In this document: positions 1-9,783 of the stretch, in pieces | Position numbering within the stretch: position 1 is the first letter of the stretch | Layout: every line of letters starts with the position of its first letter | DNA from: an uncultured Candidatus Rokubacteria bacterium | Lineage (GTDB): Bacteria; Methylomirabilota; Methylomirabilia; Rokubacteriales; CSP1-6 | Assembly (NCBI GenBank): GCA_963758635.1 | Contig: CAVWWD010000003.1 | Coordinates: 992,001-1,056,000, forward strand | DNA length: 64,000 bases | Direction of reading: 5' to 3' | Translations under genes and position numbers: made by a program | The notes under the pieces: generated by a model | What the model saw: only the letters and a program-made list of their open reading frames with translations | Told to the model about the DNA's origin: nothing | The model's database searches: none

Positions 1-671
1 GCGGCGGTCACGATGATCGCGGTGGCGTTGTCCGTCTCCAGGCAGCAGTCCAGCAGGTGCAGCGGCTTCACGATCCACCGCGAGCTCAGCACGTCGTTCA
101 CCGTGACGCGTTCCTTGAGGAGCGCCTTGGGGTTCTGCGACGCGTGCTTGCTGTGGGCCACGCGCACGTGGGCCACCTGGGCCGAGGTGGTGCCGTAGTC
201 GTACATGTGCCGCATGAACGTGGGCGCGAAGTTCTGGCCCGCGCTCCGCATGCCGAACGGCACCAGGGCGAGGTCGAGGCCGCGCACGGGCTGCGCGGCG
301 CGCGCGCCGGTGCCGCCGATGCGGAAGTCGGAGTAGCCGTTCATCGACCGGAAGATCGCGACGGTCTTGCACATCCCGACCTCGATGGCGCCCATGGCCA
401 GCCCGATGAGGGCCTCGGTGGACGAGCCGCCGCCCATCACGTCCATGTAGAAGTTGAGGCGGATGCCGAGGTCGCCGGCCACCCAGTTCGCGGGGGTGGA
501 GTCGCCGCCCTGGTAGGACATCATCCCGTCCACCTGGTCGGGACGGAGGCCGGCGTCGGCCATCGCATTCTTGATCGCCTCGACGGCCATGGCGCGCGTG
601 CTGCGGTTCGATCGGCGGCTGTACTCCGTTTCCCCCACGCCCACGATGCAGTACTTGTCCTTGAGCGACAT
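1..671 (-). CDS. Thiolase-like / SCP-x (lipid-transfer) family protein, runs off the window edge
   Basis: My translation of the - strand (not in the ORF track): MSLKDKYCIVGVGETEYSRRSNRSTRAMAVEAIKNAMADAGLRPDQVDG...SRWIVKPLHLLDCCLETDNATAIIVT; RBS AAGGAGA upstream of the ATG. Confidence 0.85.
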   Translation of the reverse strand, partial: MSLKDKYCIVGVGETEYSRRSNRSTRAMAVEAIKNAMADAGLRPDQVDGMMSYQGGDSTPANWVAGDLGIRLNFYMDVMGGGSSTEALIGLAMGAIEVGMCKTVAIFRSMNGYSDFRIGGTGARAAQPVRGLDLALVPFGMRSAGQNFAPTFMRHMYDYGTTSAQVAHVRVAHSKHASQNPKALLKERVTVNDVLSSRWIVKPLHLLDCCLETDNATAIIVTA

Positions 672-726
672 GCTGTCTCCTTGGGGTCCTTCTGCGCTCG
701 TTCCGGCCGGCCCGGGCCGGCCCAGT

Positions 727-1983
727 CTAAGAGGTTGTCGGGGAAATGACAACCGCCGCTCGCCTCTCCGCGACCGGGCGCGGCGGCCGCGCGAGGGCGA
801 CCAGGCCCAGGGCGAGCGCGTTGAACGCGGCGGCGAGCCACCACGCGAGCGCGTAGCCGCCGGTGTGATCGTAGATCCAGCCCGCGGCCACGGGGCCGAG
901 GGCGACGGGCGGCGCGCCCAGCGTGAACATCAGCCCCACGAGCGCGCCCGAGCGCGCGCGGCCGAAGAAGTCCGCGACGATGGCCGGGAAGATCGCCGAC
1001 ACGCTCCCGTACGCGAACCCGAACCCGAACGAGACGGCGTACAGCACGGGCAGCGCGGTCGCGCCGACGAAGCCCATGAAGCAGGCGGCCTGGAGGCCGA
1101 GGCCCACGGCGAGCGCGGCCCGCCGCCCCGTGCGGTCGGAGAGCCCGCCCATGCCGATGCGCCCGAGGACGGCGCCGATGCCCGTGGCGCTCACCAGGGT
1201 GGCGGCCCGCAGCGGCTCGATCCCGAGGTCGAGCGCGTGCGGAACGAGGTGGACGACGGGAATGAACATGGGGATCCAGGTCGCGCTGAAGAGGGCGTAG
1301 ATCACCCAGAACGACCGCGTGCGCATCGCCTCGCGGACGCTGAAGCCCGCCGCCGCTTCCGGGGGACGCGGGCCGGGCGCGACGAGCTCCCCGTCCGGCC
1401 GGAGCCCCGACGACTCCGGGTCGCGGCGCATGAGCCGGGCGAGGAGGTTGAGCGCGACCACGATACCGGCGCCGAATGCGACGTACGCGCCGCGCCAGCC
1501 GAGCGCGGAGACGAGGCCGTGGGCGGCCGGCGGCAGCACGAAGGTGCCCAGGCTCCCGCCCGCTGACGCGATCCCGACGGCGAGCCCGCGGCGCCGCGCG
1601 AACCATCGCACCACGGTGGCGCTGCACGGCACATAGGTGGTCGACATGCCGAGCGCGGCCACGAGCCCGTAGAGCACGAAGGGATGCCAGAGGGCCGACA
1701 CGAGGCTCATCCCCATCAGCCCGGCGCCGAGGAGCGTCCCGCCGAAGGCGATCACCATCCGCGGGCCCCAGCGGTCGGTGAGCCGGCCGGTGAGGAAGCC
1801 GCAGCCGGAGTACACGAGCGTGTAGAGGGAGAAGGCGCCGGCGAGGCTCGCGCGGCTCCAGCCGAACTCCTTCAGGAGGGCGGAGAAGAAGACGCCGAAG
1901 GCGTACTGGGTGCCGTAGGCGATGAACAGGACGAGGAAGGCGCCGCCGACGATCACCCACCCGTAGAAGAGCCGGGTGGTCAG
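727..1983 (-). CDS. MFS transporter (oxalate/formate antiporter-like)
   Basis: About 12 hydrophobic helices, GRLTDRWGPR motif A; frame extends upstream to FYGWVIV; start uncertain (CTG 1983 or GTG 1956). Confidence 0.85.
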   Translation of the reverse strand: MTTRLFYGWVIVGGAFLVLFIAYGTQYAFGVFFSALLKEFGWSRASLAGAFSLYTLVYSGCGFLTGRLTDRWGPRMVIAFGGTLLGAGLMGMSLVSALWHPFVLYGLVAALGMSTTYVPCSATVVRWFARRRGLAVGIASAGGSLGTFVLPPAAHGLVSALGWRGAYVAFGAGIVVALNLLARLMRRDPESSGLRPDGELVAPGPRPPEAAAGFSVREAMRTRSFWVIYALFSATWIPMFIPVVHLVPHALDLGIEPLRAATLVSATGIGAVLGRIGMGGLSDRTGRRAALAVGLGLQAACFMGFVGATALPVLYAVSFGFGFAYGSVSAIFPAIVADFFGRARSGALVGLMFTLGAPPVALGPVAAGWIYDHTGGYALAWWLAAAFNALALGLVALARPPRPVAERRAAVVISPTTS

Positions 1984-2074
1984 CGCTCTCCCTCGGCGGG
2001 CCGGCTCGCCGGCGCGGCCGGGGGCGGCGCGATCGAGCGTCGGGTGTCGAGGGCCTCGACGACGTGGTGGAGGT

Positions 2075-4897
2075 TCATCCGGCCCGGCCGGCGCGCCCGT
2101 TGGGCCGGTGCCACTCGGGTCGCGCCGGGAGGACGTTGCGGAGGAACTTCCCGGTGTACGATCCGTCGACCTGGGCGATCTGCTCCGGCGTGCCCTCGGC
2201 CACGATGGCGCCGCCGGCGTCGCCCCCCTCGGGGCCCAGGTCCACGACCCAGTCGGCGGTCTTGATCACGTCGAGGTGGTGCTCGACCACCACCACGGTG
2301 TTGCCGGTGTCCACGAGCCGCCCGAGGACGCCGAGCAGCTTCCGGACGTCGTCCAGGTGGAGCCCGGTGGTGGGCTCGTCGAGCACGTAGAGGTGATCCG
2401 AGGTCTGGCGCGCGCCCAGCTCGGCGGCGATCTTGAGGCGCTGGGCCTCGCCGCCGGACAGCGTCGTCGCGGGCTGGCCGAGCCGCAGGTAGCCGAGCCC
2501 GACCCCCTGGAGCACGCGGAGCCGGCGGGCCACCACGGGATGGGAGGCGAAGAAGTCCACCGCCTCGTCCACCGTGAGCTGGAGGATCTGGCTCACGTCC
2601 TTGCCCTTGTAGGCGACGCGCAGGACGTCCGGGCGGTAGCGGCGTCCCTCGCACTCCGCGCACGTGACGTACACGTCCTCGAAGAAGTACATCTCGAGCT
2701 TCTGGAACCCTTCCCCCTCGCACGTCTCGCATCGGCCGCCCGCCACGTTGAACGAGAACGCGCCGGGGCCGAGGCCGAGGGCGCGGGCGCGGGGCAGGGC
2801 GGCCAGCACCTTGCGGATCTCGTCGAAGACCTTCACGTAGGTCACCGGGTTGGAGCGGGGGGTGCGGCCGATGGGCTCCTGGTCGATGAGGCGCACCCCC
2901 TTGACGTACTCGAGGCCCCGCAGCGCGACGTGCTCGCCGGGCAGGCGGAGATCGACCTTGAAGTGGCGGGCGAGGGCGCGGTAGAGCGTGTCGTGCACGA
3001 GCGTGGACTTGCCGGAGCCGGACACGCCGGTGACGCAGGTGAGGGTGTTCAGCGGGATGCGGAGCGTGACGTCCTTCAGGTTGTGGGCCCGGGCGCCGGC
3101 GAGCACGAGCGCCCGGCGCCCCTCGCGCCGGGCCAGGGGCAGGGGGATCGTCTCGCGGCCGGTCATGTAGCGGGCGGTGAGCGAGTGCGGATCGCGCAGG
3201 AACTCCGCCTGGGAGCCCGCGAACACCACGTGGCCCCCGCGCTCGCCCGAGCCCGGGCCCATCTCCACGACGTGGTCGGCGCCGCCGATGAAGACGCGGT
3301 CGTGCTCCACGATCACCACGGTGTTGCCGGCGTGGGCCAGCTCGCCGCACAGCTCGGCGAGCCGCGCGGTGTCGCGCGCGTGCAGGCCGATGGAGGGCTC
3401 GTCCAGGATGTAGAGCGTCCCCACGAGCTGCGAGCCGAGCTGGTTGGCGAGGTTGATCCGCTGCGCCTCGCCTCCGGAGAGCGTCCGCGTCTGCCGGCCG
3501 AGCGTGAGGTACCCGAGCCCCACGCGGAGGAGGAAGGCGAGCTTGCCGCGCAGGTGGCGCAGGGCGTCGCGGGCCACGCGCTCCTCGCGCGCGGAGAGCG
3601 GGAGCGCGGCGAAGAACGCGTCGAGGGCCTCCACGGTCAGCGCGGAGAGCTCGGCGATGGTGCGGCCGCCCACCCGCACGCCGAGGGCCTCCGGCTTGAG
3701 CCGCGTGCCGTGGCAGCGCGGGCACGGCGACTGGCTCCGGTAGCGCGACAGGAACACGCGGATGTGGAGCTTGTAGCGGTAGGACTCCACCTCCTCGAAG
3801 AAGCCCTGGATGCCCGTGAAGCTCGCGCCGCCCGCGTAGAGCCACGCGCGGTCATCGGCGGGCAGGTCCGCGTAGGGCTGGGACACGTCCACGCCGCGCT
3901 TCTTCGCCGCCTTCATGAGCTGCTTCTGGTACCAGCGGCCCGACGGATGCGACCAGGGCTCCACCGCGCCGTCGGCGAGGCTCCGCGCGGGGTCGGGCAC
4001 GACGAGGTTCTCGTCGTAGCGCAGGATGTTGCCGAAGCCCTTGCACTCCGGGCAGGCCCCGAGGGGATGGTTGAACGAGAAGAGCAACGGCTGGGGCCGG
4101 CCGAGCGCGGTCGCGCACCCCGGGCACCGGAACTCGCGGCTCACCGGCACCAGCGGCCCGCCCATCACCTGCACCTCGGCCTGGCCCTCGCCCTCGGCGA
4201 GGGCCGCGCCCAGCGACTCGGTGATGCGGCCGCGGGCCGCCGCGCCCAGCACGAGGCGGTCGAGCACGACGGCGATCTTCTGCCCGGGCGCGCCCTCGAT
4301 GCCGGCCGCGGGGCGGCCGGCGGCGTCGGCGAGATCCAGGACCTGGTCGCCGACGCGGACGCGGGCGAAGCCCCGCTGGAGGAGGGCGGGAAACACCGTG
4401 GCCGGGTCGCGCCCGGCGGACGCGGGGAGGGGGAAGCACACGAGGGCGCGGGCGTCGGGGTGGTCCCGGATGAGGGCGTCGGCCACGCTCTCCGCCGAGT
4501 CGCTGCGCGCCTCCTCGCCGCACGCCGGACAGTGCACGCGGCCGATCCGCGCGAGGAGCAGCCGGAGGTAGTCGTAGAGCTCGGTCGCCGTCCCCACCGT
4601 GGAGCGCGCGGTCCGCACCGGGTTCTTCTGCTCGATGGCGATGGCGGGACGGATGTGCTCGATGCGGTCCACGTCCGGGCGGTCCACGCGCTCGAGGAAC
4701 ATCCGGGCGTAGGTGGACAGCGACTCGATGTACCGCCACTGACCCTCGGCGAAGAGGGTGTCGAACGCGAGGGAGGACTTTCCCGACCCCGACACGCCGG
4801 TCACGACGGTGACGCGGTCGTGGGGGATGGCGAGGGTGACATTCTTCAGGTTGTTCTGCCTGGCCCCTTCGATGCGGAGCCAGGAGGGCTGCGCCAT
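2075..4897 (-). CDS. uvrA: Excinuclease ABC subunit UvrA
   Basis: GARQNNLKN, two GVSGSGKS Walker A motifs, two LSGGEAQR signatures, Cys zinc fingers; ATG after GGAGG. Confidence 0.93.
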   Translation of the reverse strand: MAQPSWLRIEGARQNNLKNVTLAIPHDRVTVVTGVSGSGKSSLAFDTLFAEGQWRYIESLSTYARMFLERVDRPDVDRIEHIRPAIAIEQKNPVRTARSTVGTATELYDYLRLLLARIGRVHCPACGEEARSDSAESVADALIRDHPDARALVCFPLPASAGRDPATVFPALLQRGFARVRVGDQVLDLADAAGRPAAGIEGAPGQKIAVVLDRLVLGAAARGRITESLGAALAEGEGQAEVQVMGGPLVPVSREFRCPGCATALGRPQPLLFSFNHPLGACPECKGFGNILRYDENLVVPDPARSLADGAVEPWSHPSGRWYQKQLMKAAKKRGVDVSQPYADLPADDRAWLYAGGASFTGIQGFFEEVESYRYKLHIRVFLSRYRSQSPCPRCHGTRLKPEALGVRVGGRTIAELSALTVEALDAFFAALPLSAREERVARDALRHLRGKLAFLLRVGLGYLTLGRQTRTLSGGEAQRINLANQLGSQLVGTLYILDEPSIGLHARDTARLAELCGELAHAGNTVVIVEHDRVFIGGADHVVEMGPGSGERGGHVVFAGSQAEFLRDPHSLTARYMTGRETIPLPLARREGRRALVLAGARAHNLKDVTLRIPLNTLTCVTGVSGSGKSTLVHDTLYRALARHFKVDLRLPGEHVALRGLEYVKGVRLIDQEPIGRTPRSNPVTYVKVFDEIRKVLAALPRARALGLGPGAFSFNVAGGRCETCEGEGFQKLEMYFFEDVYVTCAECEGRRYRPDVLRVAYKGKDVSQILQLTVDEAVDFFASHPVVARRLRVLQGVGLGYLRLGQPATTLSGGEAQRLKIAAELGARQTSDHLYVLDEPTTGLHLDDVRKLLGVLGRLVDTGNTVVVVEHHLDVIKTADWVVDLGPEGGDAGGAIVAEGTPEQIAQVDGSYTGKFLRNVLPARPEWHRPNGRAGRAG

Positions 4898-4980
4898 GTG
4901 ATCACGACCTCCTGAGGTGGAGAGTGTACGGTACGCCCCTCGTCGCGGCAAACGGCGGGCGCGCGCCCGCGCGCGCACCC

Positions 4981-5009
4981 TTGACACCGCGGCCCGCCGC
5001 CCGTAAGCT
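4981..5009 (+). promoter_or_regulatory. sigma70-type promoter of the Fur/PerR operon
   Basis: TTGACA-17 bp-TAAGCT. Confidence 0.7.
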
Positions 5010-5016
5010 GCAAAAT

Positions 5017-5035
5017 CGTAATGACAATCATTCCT
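5017..5035. promoter_or_regulatory. Fur/Per box overlapping the regulator start codon
   Basis: CGTAATGACAATCATTCCT matches the Fur box GATAATGATAATCATTATC at 13/19; AT-rich patch in GC-rich DNA. Confidence 0.65.
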
Positions 5036-5509
5036 GAAAAGGTCGCGCGGGGCCGCGCCGAGTCGGCGCTGCGGGACCGCGGGCTCCGCCAGACCGGCCC
5101 CCGCCGCATCGTCCTCGAGGTGGTGCGCGCGACGGACTCGCATCCCACCGCGGAGTGGGTGCACGGCATGGTCCGGCGGCGGCTGCCGCGGGTGAGCCTC
5201 GGCACCGTGTACCGCAACCTGCGGCTCCTCGTCGCCGCCGGCCTCGTGAACGAGCGGCCCGGGCCCCACGCGCGCTTCGACGGCAACGTGAGCCGGCACC
5301 ACCACTTCACGTGCACGGGGTGCGGCCGCATCGTCGACGTGGCGGGCGTCCTCGCCGAGGCCCAGGCGCGGGCCCTGTGCGCGCGTGTCGCCTCGCTCAC
5401 CGGACTCGGCATCACGCACCAGCGCTTCGAGTTCTACGGCCGCTGCCGAGCGTGCCAGACGCGGGCCCGCCGCCGCGCCGGCCGCCGGCGGGCGCGCCGC
5501 TCATCCTGA
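5021..5509 (+). CDS. Fur family regulator, PerR-like
   Basis: HPTAEWV, SLGTVYRNL, HHHFTCTGCG and FYGRCRAC motifs; lies upstream of rubrerythrin. Confidence 0.9.
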   Translation: MTIIPEKVARGRAESALRDRGLRQTGPRRIVLEVVRATDSHPTAEWVHGMVRRRLPRVSLGTVYRNLRLLVAAGLVNERPGPHARFDGNVSRHHHFTCTGCGRIVDVAGVLAEAQARALCARVASLTGLGITHQRFEFYGRCRACQTRARRRAGRRRARRSS

Positions 5510-5554
5510 CGCGGTCCGCTCACCGACCCTGCGGGGTCAAAAGGAGGAATCGAG

Positions 5555-6004
5555 ATGGCAGGCAAGAGCCTCAACGGGACCAAGAGTCACGCGAACCTCA
5601 AGGAGGCCTTCGCGGGCGAGTCGCAGGCAAATCGCCGGTACCTCTACTTCGCCCGCGTCGCGGACATCGAGGGCTTTCCGGACATCGCCGGGCTCTACAA
5701 GGACACCGCGGACGCCGAGACCGGGCACGCCTTCGGTCACATGGACTTCCTGAAGGAGGTCGGCGATCCGGCCACCGGCGAGCCCATCGGCAAGACGGAG
5801 AAGAACCTGAAGGCGTCGATCGCGGGCGAGACCTACGAGTACACGCAGATGTACCCGGGCATGGCCAAGACCGCGCGCGAGGAGGGCTTCGCCGAGCTCG
5901 CCGAATGGTTCGAGACCCTCGCCAAGGCGGAGAAGTCGCACGCCGGGCGCTTCACGAAGGGGCTCAACCAGATCGCCGGGAAGGATCCCGCCGAGGCCAT
6001 ATAA
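5555..6004 (+). CDS. rbr: Rubrerythrin (short type, no rubredoxin domain)
   Basis: [28 protein letters not shown] and AEKSH diiron motifs; RBS AAGGAGG. Confidence 0.92.
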   Translation: MAGKSLNGTKSHANLKEAFAGESQANRRYLYFARVADIEGFPDIAGLYKDTADAETGHAFGHMDFLKEVGDPATGEPIGKTEKNLKASIAGETYEYTQMYPGMAKTAREEGFAELAEWFETLAKAEKSHAGRFTKGLNQIAGKDPAEAI

Positions 6005-6029
6005 AGACGCGCCGAAGGCGCATCCTCTT

Positions 6030-6066
6030 CCCCTCTCCCCGGCGGGGAGAGGGCAGGGGTGAGGGG
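6030..6066. repeat. REP-like palindrome
   Basis: CCCTCTCCCC-GGC-GGGGAGAGGG hairpin followed by CAGGGGTGAGGGG, a widespread REP-type motif, between rbr and the FeS gene. Confidence 0.65.
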
Positions 6067-6194
6067 CGGTCGCACCAGCACGAGGCCCGAGATGCCGCTG
6101 GCGCGGGCCCGGGACGCCGTGTCCCGGGCCCGGCCCGCTCCCCGCCGCCCCGCATCGGAGAGTTCCGACGGAGAGAGGCCTGCACGAGACAGCG

Positions 6195-7469
6195 ATGACA
6201 CTCGACATCCGGTCGCCGGAGTTCTGGAAGCTCGGCAGCGTCGACAAGGAGCTGCGGCGCGTCTACGACGTGTGCGCGGGGTGCCGGCGCTGCCTGCCCC
6301 TGTGCCCGTCCTTCAAGGTGATGTTCGACCGCCTGGACGTCGACGCGGTGGACGGGGATGTCGACAAGCTCCCGGCCTCGGACGTGAAGGAAGTCGTCGA
6401 TCTCTGCTACCAGTGCAAGCTCTGCTACAACCACTGCCCGTACACGCCGCCCCACCGCTGGCAGATCGACTTCCCCCGGCTCATGCTGCGCGCGCGCGCC
6501 GCGGAGGCCCGGGCCAAGGGCGTCAGCCTCCAGGACCGGTTCCTCGGCAACACCGAGCTGGTGGGCCGGATCGGCAGCCTGACCGCGCCGCTGTCCAACT
6601 GGATGTCGGCGCTCCCCCCGCAGCGCGCCGTCATGCAGGCCGTGGTGGGAATCCACAAGGACCGCAAGCTCCCGCCCTTCCACCGCGAAACGTTCTCCCG
6701 CTGGTTCGACCGGCGCCGTCCTCCGCGCCTCGCCCCCGCGGGCCGGGTCGCGCTGTTCGCGACCTGCTCGGTGGAGTTCAACGATCCCGACACGGGCAAG
6801 GCGGCGGTGGCCGTCCTGGAGAAGCACGGCATCGACGTGAGCTTGCCCGCGCAGCGCTGCTGCGGGATGCCGTACCTGGACGGCGGGGCGGTGAAGGAGG
6901 CCAAGAAGCTCATCGCCGACAACGTGCGCACGCTGGCCGCCGCGGTGCGCGAGGGGCGGGACATCGTCGTGCCGGGGCCGACGTGCTCGTACATGCTCAA
7001 GCAGGAGTATCCCTGGCTCGACGGCTCGGAGGACGCCACCCTGGTGTCGCAGCACACGCGCGACCTGTTCGAGTACCTGGCCGGCCTCCACGCCGCCGGG
7101 CGGCTCGACACGCGCTTTCCGAACGCCCCGGGCCGGATCGCGTATCAGCTGCCGTGCCATCTCAAGGCGCAGAACATGGGGACGAAGTCCGCCGACGTGC
7201 TGCGCCTGACCGGGGCGGAGGTGGAGACGGTCGACAAGTGCTCCGCGGTGGACGGCACGTGGGGGCTCAAGAAGGAGTACTTCGAGCTCTCGATGAAGCT
7301 CGCCGAGCCGCTGTTCAAGGGCGTCGAGGCCGCGCGCCCCGACCGGGTGGCCACGGACTGTCCGCTCGCCGCGCTCCAGATCACCCAGGGCACGGGCCGG
7401 ACGGCCCAGCACCCGATCCGCATCCTCGCCGACGCCTACGGCCTGACCATCGACCGGTCCGAGGCCTGA
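6195..7469 (+). CDS. Fe-S oxidoreductase (GlpC/HdrD-like, CCG domains), rubrerythrin-associated
   Basis: [11 protein letters not shown] and [11 protein letters not shown] 4Fe-4S motifs; CCG motif. Confidence 0.88.
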   Translation: MTLDIRSPEFWKLGSVDKELRRVYDVCAGCRRCLPLCPSFKVMFDRLDVDAVDGDVDKLPASDVKEVVDLCYQCKLCYNHCPYTPPHRWQIDFPRLMLRARAAEARAKGVSLQDRFLGNTELVGRIGSLTAPLSNWMSALPPQRAVMQAVVGIHKDRKLPPFHRETFSRWFDRRRPPRLAPAGRVALFATCSVEFNDPDTGKAAVAVLEKHGIDVSLPAQRCCGMPYLDGGAVKEAKKLIADNVRTLAAAVREGRDIVVPGPTCSYMLKQEYPWLDGSEDATLVSQHTRDLFEYLAGLHAAGRLDTRFPNAPGRIAYQLPCHLKAQNMGTKSADVLRLTGAEVETVDKCSAVDGTWGLKKEYFELSMKLAEPLFKGVEAARPDRVATDCPLAALQITQGTGRTAQHPIRILADAYGLTIDRSEA

Positions 7470-7486
7470 GCGCCGAGACCAGTTCA

Positions 7487-8075
7487 ATGGACAAGCTCGA
7501 GCTCGCCGACGTCCTGAACTTCTTCGAGTACGAGAAGGTGCGATCCTCGCGCCGGCAGCACGTCATCGACCTCAAGCGCCACCGGCGCGTGGACGTCGGG
7601 CCCCACCTGTCGTTCGTGTTCGAGAACCGGGACACCGTGCTCTTCCAGGTCCAGGAGATGTGCCGCGTCGAGCGCATCACCGACGACGCCAAGATCCAGG
7701 ACGAGCTCAACGTCTACAACGCGCTCCTGCCTGGCCCCGGCGAGCTGTCGGCCACGATGTTCATCGAGATCGAGGACAAGGACGCCATCCAGCCCATCCT
7801 CGACCGCTTCATGGGCATCGACCTGGGCTCGCACGTGTGGTTCCAGGTCGGGCGAGACCACGCGGTGGCCGGCGAGTTCGAGGCGGGACACTCCGACGAG
7901 GAGAAGGGGAAGATCAGCGCCGTCCACTTCGTGCGCTTCCGCTTTCCCGCCGACGCGGCGCGGGCCTTCGCGGGCGGCCCCGGTGGCGCTCGTGGTGGAC
8001 CACCCGGCCGAGCGGAGCCGCGTCGAGCTCGCGGCCGAGACGAGGGCTGCGCTCTCCCGGGACCTCACCTCGTGA
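7487..8075 (+). CDS. DUF3501 family protein (frameshift near 7980)
   Basis: [33 protein letters not shown]-terminus VALVVDHP...DLTS* in a shifted frame after a C run; known partner of aerobic-type rubrerythrin. Confidence 0.85.
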
Positions 8076-8500
8076 GGCGGGCGGTGACCGTCGTCGCCGC
8101 GGGCCTCCTGTTCCTGGCCTGCGGCCGGGACGACACGCCCGCGCCCAAGGGCTCGGCGGGAGGATCCGTTTCGGCTCCGACGGGCTTGGCGGGAGGATCG
8201 GCCTCGGCTCCGACGGGCGCGACGACCGACCCGGCGTCCGCGCCCGCTCCGTCGCGAGGCGACCCCGAGCGGGGGCGTCAGGTCTACCTGGCCCAGTGCA
8301 TCGCCTGCCACAACCGTGACCCCGAGCGCGACGGACCGCTGGGGCCCGCGGTCAAGGGATCGTCGCCCGAGCTGGTGGAAGCGCGCGTGATACGCGGGGT
8401 GTACCCGCCGGGCTACACGCCGAAGCGTCCCTCGAAGGTGATGCCCGCGCGCCCCGACCTCGCTCCGGAGGCCCCGCACCTCACCGCGTTCCTCCGCTGA
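8072..8500 (+). CDS. Monoheme cytochrome c lipoprotein
   Basis: GTGA overlap with the previous gene; lipobox LFLAC; CIACH; distal Met (VMP). Confidence 0.8.
   Translation: MRRAVTVVAAGLLFLACGRDDTPAPKGSAGGSVSAPTGLAGGSASAPTGATTDPASAPAPSRGDPERGRQVYLAQCIACHNRDPERDGPLGPAVKGSSPELVEARVIRGVYPPGYTPKRPSKVMPARPDLAPEAPHLTAFLR
8149..8214 (+). repeat. 33-bp tandem repeat (2 copies) encoding a [22 protein letters not shown] linker
   Basis: Direct comparison of the two units. Confidence 0.75.
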
Positions 8501-8583
8501 GCGAGGGGGTCGGCCGGCGCTCGACGCCGCTCACGCGCGGCGCGCGAGCGGGCGCCGGAGGAGACCCCGGCGCCCGCTCGCCC

Positions 8584-9282
8584 TCAGCGCATGATCTCGA
8601 AGAGGATGTAGTAGACGGCGGAGACGATGAAGCCCGTCCAGAGGGTGCCGCTGACCGTGGCGAGCGGCTTCGCCGCGCCCTGGCCCGGCGTTCCCTTGAG
8701 GGCGTTGACCTCGATGGCGAGCAGGATGACCAGCGCGATCACCCAGAACACCGCGCCCGATCGCGGCACGGGCAACGCGAGGTGGCTCGCCGCACCCATG
8801 AAGAAGAGCATCGGCACCGACAGCATCGTGTTGGTGCGCGAGGCGAGGCCGGCGCGCGCGCCCGCGGGGGCGGCGGCGGGATCGGCGGGCTTGCCCGCCG
8901 CGGTGTTCACCGCGTTGGCGATCACGATCTTCTGGTTGGGCCAGATCACGAACCACACGTTGGCCCACATCAGCGAGCCGATCAGCCCGCCCAGGAGGAT
9001 CGCCCAGCCGTAGGATCCGGCGAAGAACCCGCCGCCGTGGGCGCGGTACAGGATGATGAGCCAGCCGGAGAGGAACGTGACCATGGCGCCCCAGCGGAAC
9101 CACCACAGCGCGCGCGGCACGAGCTTCTGGATGGCGCCCGTTCGCACCGGCGCTTCCGTCTCGCCGAAGAACGGGACCTGCACGAAGTTGAAGTAGTAGA
9201 GGAGCCCGATCCAGGTGATCCCGGCCAGGAAGTGGATCCATCTGAGGAGGAACAAGAAGCCTTCGCCGGTCATCAACGCCAT
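8584..9282 (-). CDS. puuD: Urate hydroxylase PuuD-like (Urate_ox_N) membrane protein without a cytochrome c domain
   Basis: RWIHFLAGITWIGLLYYFNFVQ, ALWWFRW, NVWFVIWPNQK and SRTNT motifs. Confidence 0.75.
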   Translation of the reverse strand: MALMTGEGFLFLLRWIHFLAGITWIGLLYYFNFVQVPFFGETEAPVRTGAIQKLVPRALWWFRWGAMVTFLSGWLIILYRAHGGGFFAGSYGWAILLGGLIGSLMWANVWFVIWPNQKIVIANAVNTAAGKPADPAAAPAGARAGLASRTNTMLSVPMLFFMGAASHLALPVPRSGAVFWVIALVILLAIEVNALKGTPGQGAAKPLATVSGTLWTGFIVSAVYYILFEIMR

Positions 9283-9321
9283 GGGAGCCTCCCGCGCAAG
9301 AGGTGAGGGGTGCCTCCGGTG

Positions 9322-9576
9322 CTACTCGTCCTCGTCGTCCTTGTCGTCGTCCTCGTCCTCGTCGTCCTCGGCGAGGTCGCCGTCGAGGTCCTCATCCTCC
9401 TCTTCCTCGTCGTTGTCGTCGAGATCGTCCTCCTCGTCGAAGTCGTCGTCCTCGAGGTCGTCGTCCTCGTCGTCGTCCTCGTCCTTGTCGGGAGGGTCGT
9501 CGTCAGCCGCGTCCTGCCGGGCGAGGATGGCGTTATCGTCGTCCTCGGTCCATGGCCGATTGGCGAGCCATGCCAT
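9322..9576 (-). CDS. Small, extremely acidic (Asp/Glu-rich) protein
   Basis: 84 aa ORF with RBS GAAGGAG and its own promoter; GAC/GAG codons. Confidence 0.7.
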   Translation of the reverse strand: MAWLANRPWTEDDDNAILARQDAADDDPPDKDEDDDEDDDLEDDDFDEEDDLDDNDEEEEDEDLDGDLAEDDEDEDDDKDDEDE

Positions 9577-9669
9577 GAGAAGCTCCTTCGATGCGCGTGT
9601 CGTCCGATGCGCGTGTCGTCTTGGCGTGTGGGGGATGAGACTCGCTTCTGTGTGGCTCCGTCGGCGGGG

Positions 9670-9697
9670 ATTATAACAAACGCGTTTTTGCTGTCCA
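9670..9697 (-). promoter_or_regulatory. sigma70 promoter for the acidic protein/puuD-like genes
   Basis: - strand TGGACA-16 bp-TATAAT with extended TG; palindrome AAACGCGTTT in the spacer. Confidence 0.65.
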
Positions 9698-9733
9698 CGG
9701 CCATTTTGGCCGCATCGCCTCGCGCGCCGTCGC

Positions 9734-9762
9734 TTGACTCACGCTCGGCGAGCTTGTAGCTT
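9734..9762 (+). promoter_or_regulatory. tRNA promoter
   Basis: TTGACT-17 bp-TAGCTT about 20 bp upstream of the tRNA. Confidence 0.6.
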
Positions 9763-9783
9763 TGCTCCTCGTCCACCCGGCGC

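Noticed and set aside
1976..4915. Long antisense/alternative-frame ORFs (e.g. 979 aa opposite uvrA, 30721-33738, 58996-62325, 21948-24008)
   Set aside because: Stop-poor shadows expected at this GC content, or frameshift read-through; Arg/Pro/Ala-rich with no motifs
6059..8500. 813-aa ORF joining DUF3501 to cytochrome c
   Set aside because: The first half is an off-frame shadow of the FeS gene; the DUF3501-cytochrome join arises from an indel near 7980
9310..9759. Val/Leu-rich + strand ORF that looks like a membrane protein
   Set aside because: It is the antisense of the GAC/GAG acidic ORF, which has the RBS and promoter
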